Source: Epiperipatus broadwayi (taxonomy: Eukaryota > Animalia > Onychophora). From it: a stretch of 64,000 bases of DNA. Within the stretch, counting starts at the first letter, position 1. Each line of letters begins with the position of its first letter. Location of the stretch: contig JAQFVV010000010.1 in assembly GCA_028023455.1 (NCBI GenBank), positions 16,182,001 to 16,246,000 on the forward strand. Direction: 5' to 3'. The position numbers were made by a program, and so were the translations under genes. This document shows, one piece after another, positions 24,363 through 36,626 of this stretch. Below the pieces are notes generated by a model that ran no database searches, was not told the origin of the DNA, and saw only the letters and a list, made by a program, of their open reading frames with translations.

Positions 24363-26400
24363 TGTAACGATATATAAATATGTCGTTACATTAATTTAAA
24401 ATAAAAACTTAAAAGTTCGCAAATAAAAGTAAAAAACTAAACGCTAAAATTAAAATGTTTGTTAAACGTATATACATTCGCACAGATGCCAAACTTTAAG
24501 AATATTTTTTTAAAAAAAAAAAAACAAATGAATAAGTATTTGAACGTACTTTTTTTATAAAAAAAAAGTACAAGATTTAAAAATAAAAACAGGTATTAAT
24601 TAATTCTTGTAATCTGTAAATGGAAATGATTGTTTATAAATTGTTTGAAAAGCAAGCTAGCCTTGGGCTCTTGTATAATTAAAATGATCTGATGAAAGAT
24701 AGATAAGAAGAAAAGAGAAATTAGCTTGACCAATGGAAGCACTAAGCCTTGGCTCAGACCCTAACAAAAGTGATGGATTAGTGACGTTTTGTTGATTGAA
24801 TCCGTGTGGATAATATAAAAAGGGAAATACAGTTTTTTCAGACAGTTCTAGCATGGTGTGTTTGAGAGTTGTGATAGGATGCACATACCACACTCTCTAG
24901 TTAAAAAAATTATAAAATGAAAAGACTGTGATACAAGAATGGAACCAGCTAATGCTACCTCCAGAACATTATCTTCCAATGGAGACGTCGCGGGAATTAA
25001 AAACAGGAACCTGGACTCTTCTACTGTAAGCTATATTGACATGAACTCTAAATTTAAAAATAACTAAGAACTTTCGTTCAAGCTTATGAACTTCTATCTG
25101 ACTTTTAAGTTTAAAATCAATTAATAATGTTTAATTTTATATGTTTTCCGATTGATAAAAATCATTTCCATTTTTTTTTTCTCTTATTGTATAAATTATT
25201 TGTTGTTTAAATTTTAAATGAGGGAATTTAAGGTTGGGTATAGACGTTGCATAGATTCGTTAGCGGTTGATAATGTTGTGGTTTTCACATTCGATTAGAA
25301 TATATGTCAACGATATCACTGCAAGCATCTTACGATGAATGCTAATGGGATTTGTATATTCCCTATGCAAGTGACGTTTATCGATGACTTTGTATTTTGA
25401 TCGGTTGTGTTTAATTTGGAATGTTTTTGACCATGGAATCTGTGCAGCTGATCTGTACTCAACATTTTAAAACAAATTTTATAAAATGCATTTGTGCGAA
25501 CGTATCTAAATGTTAAATTTAAGTCGGGCGTGAATGGCTATATAGTTTTGTAAAGTTATATTAAGGGAGGGTAATCTTAGGTTATTCATTTCGTAGTTGA
25601 ATTGGTTCAATGGATTGGATATATTTGTGTAATTGTAGATGTAGTATGAGGTCCTCTACGGGCAGGATTATAGATATACGCCACACACCCTCTGTTTGCC
25701 TATGGATGGGTTTGTAAGTCAGCAGAAGACCGCAGTCCACTCCTATGGAGTTTTTTGTTTATTGTTCTACTTGCCAACAGATGTAACATTCCTGTTGGTG
25801 GAGAGTCAATGTCTTCTCTAATTCTACTTACTGTTCAGATGTACTTTCCTGACAGTATAGTATTTTGTGTTGTCGTATCATGCTACATTGAATACATGAA
25901 TGTATCAGATGGATTGGCGCCAGTTGATTGCGAAATTTGTGGCCTAAGGTTAAATCAGGGAAGAATATTTTCTTTTCAAATGCAGATCTATATAGTCTAT
26001 TCATACTTGACTAGCTAAATAAAATATTAAACTCATTGAAACTTAGTTAAATGTAAAATTAAAAGTTAATATAAAAATCTAAAATGTTAAACTTATTCCT
26101 CGAATTTAAATGTTATTTTATATGTGCGTAAATAAATATTTTTATGTGTAAATTTCTGGCAGTGGCTTTTATTTATTGATATTTAAGATATAAATTAAGA
26201 TATAGATTTTTATCTCTGCGTCTCCGCTGAGCTAGTGACTTGGGCTAACGATCGGAATATTTAAATAAAGTGGAATCTTAACAGCACGTATCTGCCTACT
26301 TTATAAATTTTTCTAGATTTAAATTCCTAGATGGCGCCTTGTAAAGCAGATATTGTTTTTGCGGTTAGATTCGATCTTCACTTTCATTTCGATCGTTATC
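24363..26400 (+). repeat. 3' LTR (2038 bp)
   Basis: Direct repeat of 21722-23761; only a weak purine tract (GAGGAAG) upstream. Confidence 0.93.
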
Positions 26401-26402
26401 CC

Positions 26403-26660
26403 ATAGAAGATTTAGAAAAAGATGATGAAATAGAAGTGGAATCTGTTCATTTCATAGCAAAAATGATTCAAGAAAGTCTTCAACTTTCTAATCAATTGGA
26501 AAATTATTTTCTTGTTAATGACATGAATTATGAACAAGCTCTTAAATTCCAACAAGAGCTAAATAGTTGTATGTCTGGATATCGCGAGCTTCATAAACAA
26601 TTTGTAACATCATCATCTCAAAGTTTAATCACTGATTACATTGTCACCAGAAAAACATTA
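26403..26660 (+). pseudogene. pogo/Tigger transposase C-terminal remnant
   Basis: IEDLEKDDEIEVESVHFIAKMIQESLQLSNQLENYFLVNDMNYEQALKFQQELNSCMSGYRELHKQFVTSSSQSLITDY resembles the acidic C-terminal tail of Tigger-type transposases. The paralogous frame ALKFQRELNGCMSGYRKLHKQ occurs at ~37650-37760. Confidence 0.6.
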
Positions 26661-27210
26661 ACACAGCATGAGACTGAAGTTGGCACTAATTCTGCTGTTT
26701 GTGTTTCCTCTTGTGTTGAATCTGATTTCTTACCAGTTCACAAATGAACCCATATATTGTCAAATAGTGATAATGATTAAAATATGTATGAAAAAATGAA
26801 AAATTATACATAAAAACATATTGTTTTGAATAAAATTAAATAGTTAATAAAAAAGTAAAAAAAAAATTGTCTTGTATCAGATTTTTAAAAAGTACTTGAA
26901 AGTTTTTATTAGTCATACTTTATTTCCTTTTTTTTTTTTATGTGAATTTTAAATTAATTTTACTTTGTTGCTTTGGTTTTATGTGATTTTTGAAAATTAC
27001 AGAATGTATCCCAAATTTTTCAAGATAAGTTAAGTCTATTTTTGTGCAATTTTTTTATGCGGGTTTTCTGAAGAACATATCTGTCACATAAAGAGACCCA
27101 GATATATTCTAAAAATTTTAAAAATAGAAAATATTAAGTTAGACATCACAACAAATCCAATGTTACAATTTCTTTTCATCTTATAACCTGCTTTTATAAA
27201 AAAAACTTAC

Positions 27211-27258
27211 TGCCATTTACCTGTTCAAACTTTCTTTTCTTTGGAAACCAAGTTTTAT
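27211..27258 (-). CDS. Candidate 48-bp internal exon of an unidentified host gene
   Basis: Acceptor tgtttctctag, donor GCA|gtaagt; only phase 1 is open (xKTWFPKKRKFEQVNG). No homology recognised. Confidence 0.25.
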
Positions 27259-28439
27259 CTAGAGAAACAATATTAGTATTAAACTTGAACTTTTTTGAAT
27301 TATACAGACTCTTATATATTCAGCTCTTAAAAAAATACTCATCAAATAAAATTTGCATATCGTATGTATCTATATATTTTTTTAAAAATGAAATATCTGT
27401 CTATTAGTACTCCCTGTGTTACCTTTATTTACTTTATCAAAAAATTGATATTACAATTATTTCTCTGCTTAAATTATCAATCTTCCAGAGTCAGTAACTT
27501 AGCAAAATTTTGTCAGAATGGCCATTTTTAGACTATAGCTTCTAGATACTTTTACATTTGTAGAGAAACTGGATTTCTGACATACAATCATTTAATGATT
27601 CATAATTAATCTCTATCTCCACTATCAAACAACTGTACACCCCATTGGTAGACTAAAGTTTTTTTAAAACAAATATGTTTATTTATACACACACACACAC
27701 ACATATATATATATACATGCACGTGTAAACCCATTTCAGATTCATTCCTGTATATGTATTTGCCTGTTGTTAGTATTAACATTGTGACATTTGTATTAAA
27801 TTCTCCGTAATAATTTAAAACAGTTGCATAGATGTTTGAAAACCAGAAAACTGTTTATTTTAATTTTAAAATGTTGTAAATGACATTTTTAATTTGTCAG
27901 ATCCATGATTAGGTTATTTATTCAATGAAATTCAGGAACATAGGAGACATAATGATAAATAAGAAGCTAAATTTGAATCGAATAGTTTTTTTTATCCATA
28001 TATTTTATGCAAATTATTCATATAAAAAAGTTTTTTGTCCAATAAAATCTTAGCAATAGTTCAGAAACAGCAGAAAGAAATAATATTAAAAAACTAAAAT
28101 TTAAAACAGCATTTAATTATTTAAAACTTTAATGGTTTCTCTAATTTTTATCCAGATAGAATTTTAGTATTGGTAAAATCTATTTTAAAGCAAGTATCTA
28201 AAATATGAAGAGTGATTGCTGAAGATGTAGATTTTTCCAGTAATAACTATTCATATCTATATATATATATAAAAGATTTTATAGACCCTTTAGGGCCAAT
28301 TTTTTAATTAGTGGTAAAAAATTTATCAATATTGTAATATCTTGATATATTAATATGGTGCTACAAGATTCAATAAATGTATGAAATTTTAGCGATGATC
28401 AGTCTTTACATCAGTTCTAAAAGAAATGAATGGGTAATG

Positions 28440-28660
28440 TGGTCAACAATACACAATTTTCTCAGCATTTATTCTCTGTTGCAGACGTCACCCGTGATAT
28501 AGATTTTATTAACATTAAAATCTTGTCCATGTGTAATATTTTTATCAAAAGGACAGTTAGAGAATCCTTGGAAATTTTTGAGTGATTGAACTTTTATCAA
28601 TAAATATGATTATAAGATTAAATTATCTTCCACTTGGAAGTCCCATAAAATGTATTGAAT
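28440..28660 (+). pseudogene. Penelope-like GIY-YIG endonuclease C-terminal remnant
   Basis: DIDFINIKILSMCNIFIKRTVRESLEI...KLSSTWKS resembles the PLE EN tail (IDFxNxKIL...KRxxxESxEI...LSxxW). Confidence 0.4.
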
Positions 28661-29139
28661 AAAAATAGTATTAATTTCAAATTTCATTATATCATTCACC
28701 ATTGCCTTTTCATTTTACTTCTGGACCATTGTTAAGTTTTTAATTGGACAAAAATTACCTTCCATTTGAATAATTTGCATAAGAAATATATGTCAAATAA
28801 GCTGTTAGATTTAAATCCAGTTTCTCATTTATCATTATACTCACTTCCATAAATATTTTGTTTCCGGAGGCTAATAATGAATAAAATATTCAATCATTAT
28901 GTTTAACAAATTTAAAAGCAGGTATTTAAGACATTTGAAAATTAAATAAAGTTACCTGATTTTTGAAGATTTACAATATCTTTAAATGGCTTTTAATATC
29001 TAAATGATGACTGAAATGTCACAAAAAGGAAATGTATTTATGTTCTAATCTGAAATGTATATATATATTACTTATGAAAATCGTTATATATTTATATACT
29101 ACATGATCACTATTTTTATGCTTATACAAGCTGTTTGTT

Positions 29140-30480
29140 AAAACAGAGGCAAAACTCCCCATATAGTAGTGTTCCATTGCAAGCTAGAGTAATCAATGGA
29201 TACAGGAAGGTTTGCACATAAAATCCCATCCAGTAATGTGATGCACTGTGACTTCTTATATGCAGTCAGGAATCTCTCAGCAACTATGCCCAGAGAAACC
29301 TGTTAGCCACTTTAACTAACCCTTTCCATTTCCTGCCCTAAGTATTCCCATATTCTTCTCTACCCTGCTCCATCCCATTTCCACAACATATTTGTTAATT
29401 CCATGGCCTTTATATCTAAATTTCCTATATCTTTTTCCAAACCCAGCATTAAAACCAATAACCCACTTTCTGTATAAGCACTTTGTTTATATTTATTCTT
29501 CCACAACTTCATTATTTGTACCCTTTCTGCTTTCAGGCATCAATTAATAGATGCCAAATATTTTCTACGCCTTCCTTATGCAGACTAAATCACTCACATA
29601 TTTTCATTTATGTGTATATTCCTTTGATGCTAAAGATCCTGCTCGAGACTTAAACAGTAAACTACTTTCCTTGCTATTATCATAAATTAACTTGCACCCA
29701 ATAGTCTGTTTACTTCTATATATTTACATTCTTTTTACTCTCCATACTAGTTCTCCATCTCTCCAACTCCTTATTCTTTATTAATGCACCTATTCTTCTA
29801 TCCCATACCTTTACACTATAACACTCAACAATTCTCCAACACAATCATCCCACCTTTTATATAAGTATACTGACATAAATTCTTTATCCGAATCTTCTGC
29901 ATATCGCATTACCTTTCTCACCCATCTTGTTGCCTGCCCTTTATTCTTATCCCAATTAAATACTATTTTGACTACTTTTTTATTATCCATAAACTGCAAT
30001 TTACCAAACATTTTCATTTTTTTTCATCTCTCGTACAAAAACTTAACTCTCATTTCTCCTTGAATTGCCTCCTTTGCCATCCACATATCTGCATCTAATT
30101 CATGTCTTCCTACTTCTCTTTGTACTTTTTCTAAGTAATATAATATCCCTTTACTAACTCATAATGCATCATTACCATATGTTAATCTTGCTACCGCCAC
30201 TTCCTTCCATATAATTCTAGCTACCTCATTCTTATTATATGAGAACACTGTTAATTTCTTTATCAATCCCTTTCTTTTCTTTGCTTCATTTATTAATTTT
30301 TTCTCACATTCATCTAAGAATTTCTCTGATTACTCAAGATGATTCCCAAATAGTTATATTTATTCACCACACTTAACTTTATATCCGCCAATAAAAATTC
30401 TCTGTCTTCTTTTTCCCCAGTATTAATCAACATTAATTTTGATTTTTCTTCACTAAATTTAATCCCCATCCCTTCACCCA
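29140..30480 (-). mobile_element. Decayed LINE, 3' part of ORF2 plus 3' UTR
   Basis: VNKYNYLGIILSN; EVARIIWKEVAVARLTYGNDAL; LEKVQREVGRH...KEAIQGEM; MFGKLQFMDNKKVVKIVF in order on the minus strand. The 3' end is ...GTTTTGCCTCTG at a TTAAAA site. Confidence 0.75.
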
Positions 30481-30824
30481 CTCTTTAAAGGTGATCTGAG
30501 TGCCATCTACCTAATTCATGAGGAATCAAATAGATGTCTGCACTATATCATAGTTTGTATTTTAGACCAGTATTAGTTTCTTGATTGTCATGTGATTTGA
30601 TCTCAGTTTCAGGTTTGTTTCCAAAATAATAAAAAAATAAATTCCATGCAAAATATTAAATATGAATATAAAATTGTATTAGAAAATTAATATTATAGAT
30701 TATAATTAGCCCATTTTTTAATCTATTCTCTGTTGAGCAAATTTTACTCTTTTAAATATAGCTCCATTTTCGGATGTCAATACTTTAAACTATCTCTTCA
30801 TTATTTTTACTATATTTTCTTTTT

Positions 30825-31365
30825 ATAATAATAACTGTAGTTTACTCCACTGCACATGTGCTTTACAGATCGAACACAATTATAATAAATACTCTCCTTC
30901 CCAAACACAAGATAAAGTCTTTTTAAAAGATAGAATGGATCACTCTATCCTTTTCATCCAAACTATATGTATAGGCAAATCTGAAGCATTTGGAACTGAG
31001 AGTGTGAAGATTTAATTAATCACTTTAAATTGCTTATAATCTGATTTTTATTGATGATGTTTGCAAAATTTTTACTATTTACAATATGTCATTATTAAAT
31101 GAAAACTTTAAATATATGTAAATATTTAATGTTTTTTATGAATTATAATAATAACTGTAGCTTATTCCACTGCACGTGCGCATTACAGATTGAACTGCTA
31201 ATTATAATGAATAATCTTCTTTCCAAAAACAAAAAAGTCCTTTAAAAAGACAAAATGGATCACTCTATTCTTTTCACCCAAACTGTATGTATAGGCAAAT
31301 CTGAAGCATTTGGAACTAAGAACATGAAGATTAATTAATCACTTTAAATTATTTATAATATGATT
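30825..31365 (-). repeat. Family C SINE-like repeat, ~1.7 tandem units (period 320 bp)
   Basis: ataataataactgtag at 30825 and 31145. The minus strand ends GTAAAGCACATGTGCAGTGGAGTAAACTACAG(TTA)n, a microsatellite tail. Confidence 0.75.
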
Positions 31366-31725
31366 TTTGTGCAGGTGTAGTAGAGTAAGTTAGTTATTAT
31401 TATGGTAGTTTTCTATTATATCATGTCAGCCGCTTGATGGCACTATTTATATGCAAAAGCATATAAATATGGCATTTATGCAGTCACCATTGTCTAGGCC
31501 TAAATCTCTACACAAAAAGCATAGAAAGAGGCCATTTAATATGCAGCAGCCGGCAGCTGATGATGCCATTAATTTCTATGCTACAAAGCACAGAAAAGAT
31601 GCCATTTGAGTGGTGGGTGGCCTGTTTTAGTGTTATGCGCTTTATCCCAATGCTCACAGTTCAATGTTCACTACAGAATTATGTGAGGATGTCTGGACTT
31701 CAGCCTGCCACAACTCTTCAAATAT

Positions 31726-32225
31726 GCATATGAAAGGAATTAGCTTACAAGTCATTTGACCCACTATTACCTTCTAATTATTTTCCACCCATCACCATGT
31801 TTCCCTACTCAATGTGAAACCTTCAAATCAATTTGGAAAGGGTACGTCCAAGCAAGATTTCGACAAGCTCACGCGAGTAGTCACATTTTCGCAAGAACAC
31901 ATCCGTGACAAATAAAATGGCTGACAGGTTAAAATGGGGTCAACTCCCGTCCACAGAAGCAGGCTTGCATGGAGAGCATATCAAAGGAATTAGCTTACAA
32001 GTCATTCGACCTATTACTTTCTAATAATTGTCCACCCATCTCCATGCTTCCCTACTCAATATTATGAAACCTTCAAATCAATTTGGAAAGGGTAGGTCTA
32101 AGCAATATTTCAACAAGCTCATGTGAATAGTCATGTTTTTGCAAGAACACATCTGTAACAAATAAAATGGCTGACAGGTTAAAATGGGGCCAACTCCCAT
32201 CCACAGAAGCTGGCTTGCATGGAGA
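31726..32225 (+). repeat. 250-bp tandem duplication
   Basis: gcatatgaaaggaattagc at 31726 and gcatatcaaaggaattagc at 31976; both units end ...GGCTTGCATGGAGA. Confidence 0.9.
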
Positions 32226-33079
32226 AATTGATTAATTCTACTGGAATAGAATCTTTGCAGTAAGGTAGGTCAATTGATAAAGTTTTAATTCTTATGGACG
32301 TGAAAAAGAAATACCCTCTGGCCTACATTGCAAGACTAAGATTTGACTTTTCAGGGCCACTTGGAGTTCAAGCAGGTTTTGAAATTTGTTGGTAACATCA
32401 AATTGTTCTCGACTAAATTACAGAAATTGATGAAGGAAATCGGAATGAATTACATTAAGCCTTCGGACAAAAAAAAATATGTATGAGTGTGAAAATTCTC
32501 ATACTTCTATCCAGAGAAACCAAAAGAAATTGTCCAAATACTGAATCCATTGATTAATTAATCTTGAAATACCAACCAAAAAGGCATAATAAAAAAAAAC
32601 CAAAAAAAAAATTATCGAACTGGAAATTATTAATCGTTCTTAATACGTTGGAGATCCATACACAAATTATCTTTCAAAGATAGCTATGAAGAAATCAATC
32701 AACAAATAAATTAATAAATAATTACTTTTTCTTTCCTTTTCAAAAATGAGCCGAAAAAGTAAAAGACAGTTCAGTAATTAAAGCATTATCAGCATCATTT
32801 TTTGACCAGCATGAACTAGTTATAGTTTGCAGGGGGGGGGGTTTGCCACACGGGGAATTCTGCTATAATAGAATATTTGCAATAACATATGTTTACATAA
32901 AATTGTTCCAGTAAATGTTATTAAGGAAATTAATGAATTACATTAACCCGTATGATTCTTATTATTCTTATTCTTTCACAAAGAACAGGGGAGGGGGCGT
33001 AATGTTATATGTATGTGTTTTTGCTTAGCATCAACTCCATCAAGTGGCTGACATGATAGAATAGAAAAGTACCATTATT

Positions 33080-33400
33080 ATAATTTATAAAAAACATTGT
33101 GCTATATAAATTAAATATTTACATATGTTTAAAGTTTTCATTTAATAATGATGTATTATAAATAGTAAAAATTTTGCAAACGTCATCAACAAAAATCAGA
33201 TTATAAGTAATTTAAAGTGGTTAATTAAATCTTCATGCTCTCAATTCCAAATGCTTCAGATTTGCCTATACATAGGTGAAAAGAATAGAGTGATCCATTC
33301 TATCTTTTAAAAAGACTTTATCTTTGTTTCAAATGCTTCAGATTTGCCTATACATATAGTTTGGGTGAAAAGGATAGAGTGATCCAGTCTATATTTTAAA
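33080..33400 (+). repeat. Family C copy (inverted relative to 30825-31365) with internal duplication
   Basis: caaatgcttcagatttgcctataca...gaaaagratagagtgatcca occurs twice and is the reverse complement of 30920-31000. Confidence 0.75.
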
Positions 33401-33429
33401 ATTATCGATAAACTGTCAGTCTTCCAGTT

Positions 33430-34925
33430 TGCAAAGAAGGGGAGTTTGACTGCAGAAGCCATAGTGGATCATGTATGCAGGAATAAAATGGCCCGGCCAG
33501 TTGTGGTCCAACTCAATTTTGCCGGTGCTTTTGACTGTGTGCAGATCAATGTGTTACTCAGTGTACTGGAGAAACTCCAAGTGCCCCAGGCATACCTCCA
33601 AATGATCGAGAATCTACTACAGAATAGAGAAATCTTTCTCTCACTGGATGGTCGAGTGGCTCCAGGATTTAACGTTAGTAGGCTGGAGTAACTCTTGGGC
33701 CAATTTGGTTCTGAATCAGGCCTAAATGTTAATGAAGCAAAATTGGCCATGGGGTCGATCAGAACCGGAAAACAGATCCAGGGGAGATTCCGAGCACCCC
33801 CTCCAGAAGTTTCTCGGCTTTAGCCTGGCCTCCCCTCCTAACATCATGGGAAGAGAGCTGGAGGAAAATATCTTCACAAAGGTTAAGAACACAGTGACAT
33901 CTTTAACCAAGGTTCCACTTTCCTTGTTGGGGAAGGTCGCACTATTAAACGCAGCTGTGCTACCCAAAATCACTTTTCTGGCCGTTTTTTCCCCTACTAA
34001 GACCTTTATAAAAAAGGTGGAGACTCAGTATAGGAAGCTTTGCTAGGGGATGAGGACAGCAGTGATTGGCCTCAACTCCCTTCAAAAGCCTAAATCACAA
34101 AATGGGCTCGGACTCCATTCAATCAACACCTTCTTAATCCAGAAAGTCCACAATATTTTAACCAAACTTTTTTTCAGGATAATCCGAACATAGAGAGCCT
34201 CCTACCAATAAATGAGGTCGAACCCACTGATTGCCCCCCCCTAAGAAAGTGTAACATTTGGTTACAGCAACAGGTCACACTTGTGACTAAAAATGTAACA
34301 ATGTCCAATTCCCTTTTCAATGGCAAGCTTTCCTATTGGGTCACTCACGCTCTAAGGGCAGCAGTCCCATCACTGAGACTAGATTCCAGCTAGGGATCAA
34401 GCAGCTTGCGAGGTTAACAAAGTTCTGGAAGCTGGAGGTGAAATTAATAGATTTTATAATTAAAGTTAACCTCGAGGCCCTACCAACTACTGCATTCCTC
34501 CACCACAAGCGGAGGTATAAAATGGATCCGGTATGTCCGCTGTGCAAGAAAACGGATCAAACAATTTCCCACATTGTTCAGGAATGTGATACCTGGAATA
34601 AACTACGCTACTTAACACTGCAAAAGATTACAGATAAAGACTGGGCCTGGGTGGATATGGTGAAAGCCTTTAAAAAGGCTCCTTTGGCAATATTAGATTG
34701 GCAACTTACGTTAACTTTGTCATCTGGTCGGCACAAAATAGAGTAACTTTTGAAAAAGGAATTGTTACAATATTGAGTTATTATACTTCAAATTGCTAAA
34801 TGATGCCAAGGACCATGACAAGAAGACATGCCAGCCATGGCTAACTGAACAGACTTGGAACCAGGTTAAACTAGGGCCATGCCTTACCTAGTGTAGTGCA
34901 TACCTTATATACAAAATAAATCAAT
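33430..34925 (+). mobile_element. 5'-truncated L1/Tx1-clade LINE ORF2 remnant
   Basis: LNFAGAFDCV (KAFD motif); LSLLGKVALLNAAVLPKI; QKPKSQNGLGL; zinc knuckle CPLCKKTDQTISHIVQEC; AATAAA near 34917. The QG/YADD segment is missing at ~33682. Confidence 0.88.
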
Positions 34926-35629
34926 ATATTAGTGACTAGAAATTTATAAGAGCCCAAAGGACCATAAAATATCAGGATGATAAATTCTAGGAAATGAAGG
35001 TCGCTAACGCTGAACAAATTAATAGAAGTTTAGGAAAACACAGAAGGGAAAGTGACCGCCCTACAAGTGGTATGCCATGCAAACCAAGCATATATATATA
35101 TAAAGACATTTATAACAGAACTGGGAGTGCTTAAATAGATTTATATACAATTGGACAATCCCAAGGACAATATTCCAACTGCAACTGAAGTGGTTGCCTT
35201 GTTTCTTTCAAGCTTATGCCTACCAAATAGTCATGAGGCACGAATAGAAGTGTTCTGAAAGTTTAACATTGCAGTTGATATAACAAATTTTTTAAATAAC
35301 TAATGGAGAAATGGACATGTATAATTGGACAATTTTATGAACAATAATTTAAGCATAAGAAATTGGGTTTATGTGTGTGAGTCTGGAAGTGCAGGTAAAT
35401 TTTTATGTCACTGTACATCTGGAACCAGAAAAACCCTGCTAACCTTTCCATAAATTTATACTTGAATGTTTAAAAATCATATGCACGGAACCAATTGTAT
35501 GGGTGCGGATGCGCTTGACACGCACTGACACTCCCTATATTTGTTTGTATCAATTCTTGTTGATTGCATTGTAATATCCAAACTTATGCTTCTTGAATTG
35601 TCTTGAGGCACAAATAAAGGCATTTGACA

Positions 35630-35735
35630 GTAAAAAGACTTTATCTTGTGATTGGAAAAGAGAGTATTCATTATAATTAGCGTTTGATCTGTAAAGTGCA
35701 TGTGCAGTGGAGTAAGCTACAGTCATTATTATCAT
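35630..35735 (+). repeat. Family C 3' fragment
   Basis: aaaagactttatcttgtg...gatctgtaaagtgcatgtgcagtggagtaagctacagtcattattat is the reverse complement of 30825-30925. Confidence 0.75.
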
Positions 35736-36132
35736 TTATGAAAAACATAACGCTATATAAATTTTTTTATTATAATTCAAATCTTATAATCCTAATTATT
35801 CCACAAAAGGATGTGTGTGCTTGACAGAGAACATGATACACCTAAGCATTTATTCATTTAAACATTAAAACATTCTATCCTAGGCAAGAACGGAAACTTT
35901 TATAATTCTTTAAACTCAAAAGCAGCTTTATGATGATTCTAATGTATTCATAAATAAGTCAAAATAATATAGCTAAATCCCATTGGTTTATACTATTATT
36001 GAATACGTGAATAATTTTTATATTTATATCAAAACATTCATGTTTTAGCTGAATATTTCACCTGGACCAAAAATAAACACATGCTTGAATACTATTGGTG
36101 GATCTTAATCATCACTTCTTATAACATTATTT

Positions 36133-36626
36133 GGTGCCGATTTAGTTTGTGCTCACAACCATTATGAAATTTAAAGACCAGCCAAAACAACCACTGACAC
36201 ATCCAACCGATAAATGATATAAATATTGAATAAAAGTACTTTAAATTCATATTTTAGAAATTATAAACTAGTAAAAATAATATGCTTTATTTCATATGGG
36301 CACATAGTATAATCTTTTAATATTTGGAAATTATAAGCTTTGTTAGATCAGACTTCTGCATCTTTTGAATGATACAAAAAAAAAACATCCTTCCCCTTCC
36401 CTGCATATTCCGGCATTTTGTGCCTTCATATTTTATGAAGATAAATTTAAAAAAAAAAAATTCCTAATAAAATAAAGCATATTATTTTTATTAGGTTATA
36501 ATTTCTGAAATATGACTTTAAAGTATTTTTTTTTATTCAATATTTGTCATTTATCATCAGTTGGATGTGTCAGTGATGGTTTTTAGATTACAAAATAGTC
36601 ATGAGCACAAAATAAATCAGGATCCA
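36133..36626. mobile_element. Fold-back / long-TIR MITE
   Basis: ~160-bp imperfect inverted arms (36133-36293 vs 36466-36626), e.g. cactgacacatccaac...gataaatga...aatattgaataaaa...ataatatgctttattt, around a ~170-bp spacer. Confidence 0.75.

Larger units (their letters stand above)
21722..26400 (+). mobile_element. Non-autonomous LTR retrotransposon: two ~2.04-kb LTRs around a 601-bp non-coding core
   Basis: LTRs 21722-23761 and 24363-26400 are near-identical (about 30 substitutions counted by eye). They start TGTAACGAT and end in degenerate ATCGTTACA-like sequence (ATCATTATA / ATCGTTATC). CCAT flanks both sides (21718-21721, 26401-26404). Confidence 0.93.
21505..27104 (+). mobile_element. 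pogo/Tigger-family deletion derivative, interrupted by an LTR element
   Basis: 21510-21720 and 26401-27104 are colinear with the uninterrupted relative at 37246-38212. Right end ...CACATAAAGAGACCCAGATA+TA; the left TIR is degraded. Confidence 0.75.

Noticed and set aside
26331-26402. N-terminal part of the 138-aa ORF as a real gene start
   Set aside because: The ATG and first 24 codons come from the LTR end fused by chance to a pogo transposase remnant.
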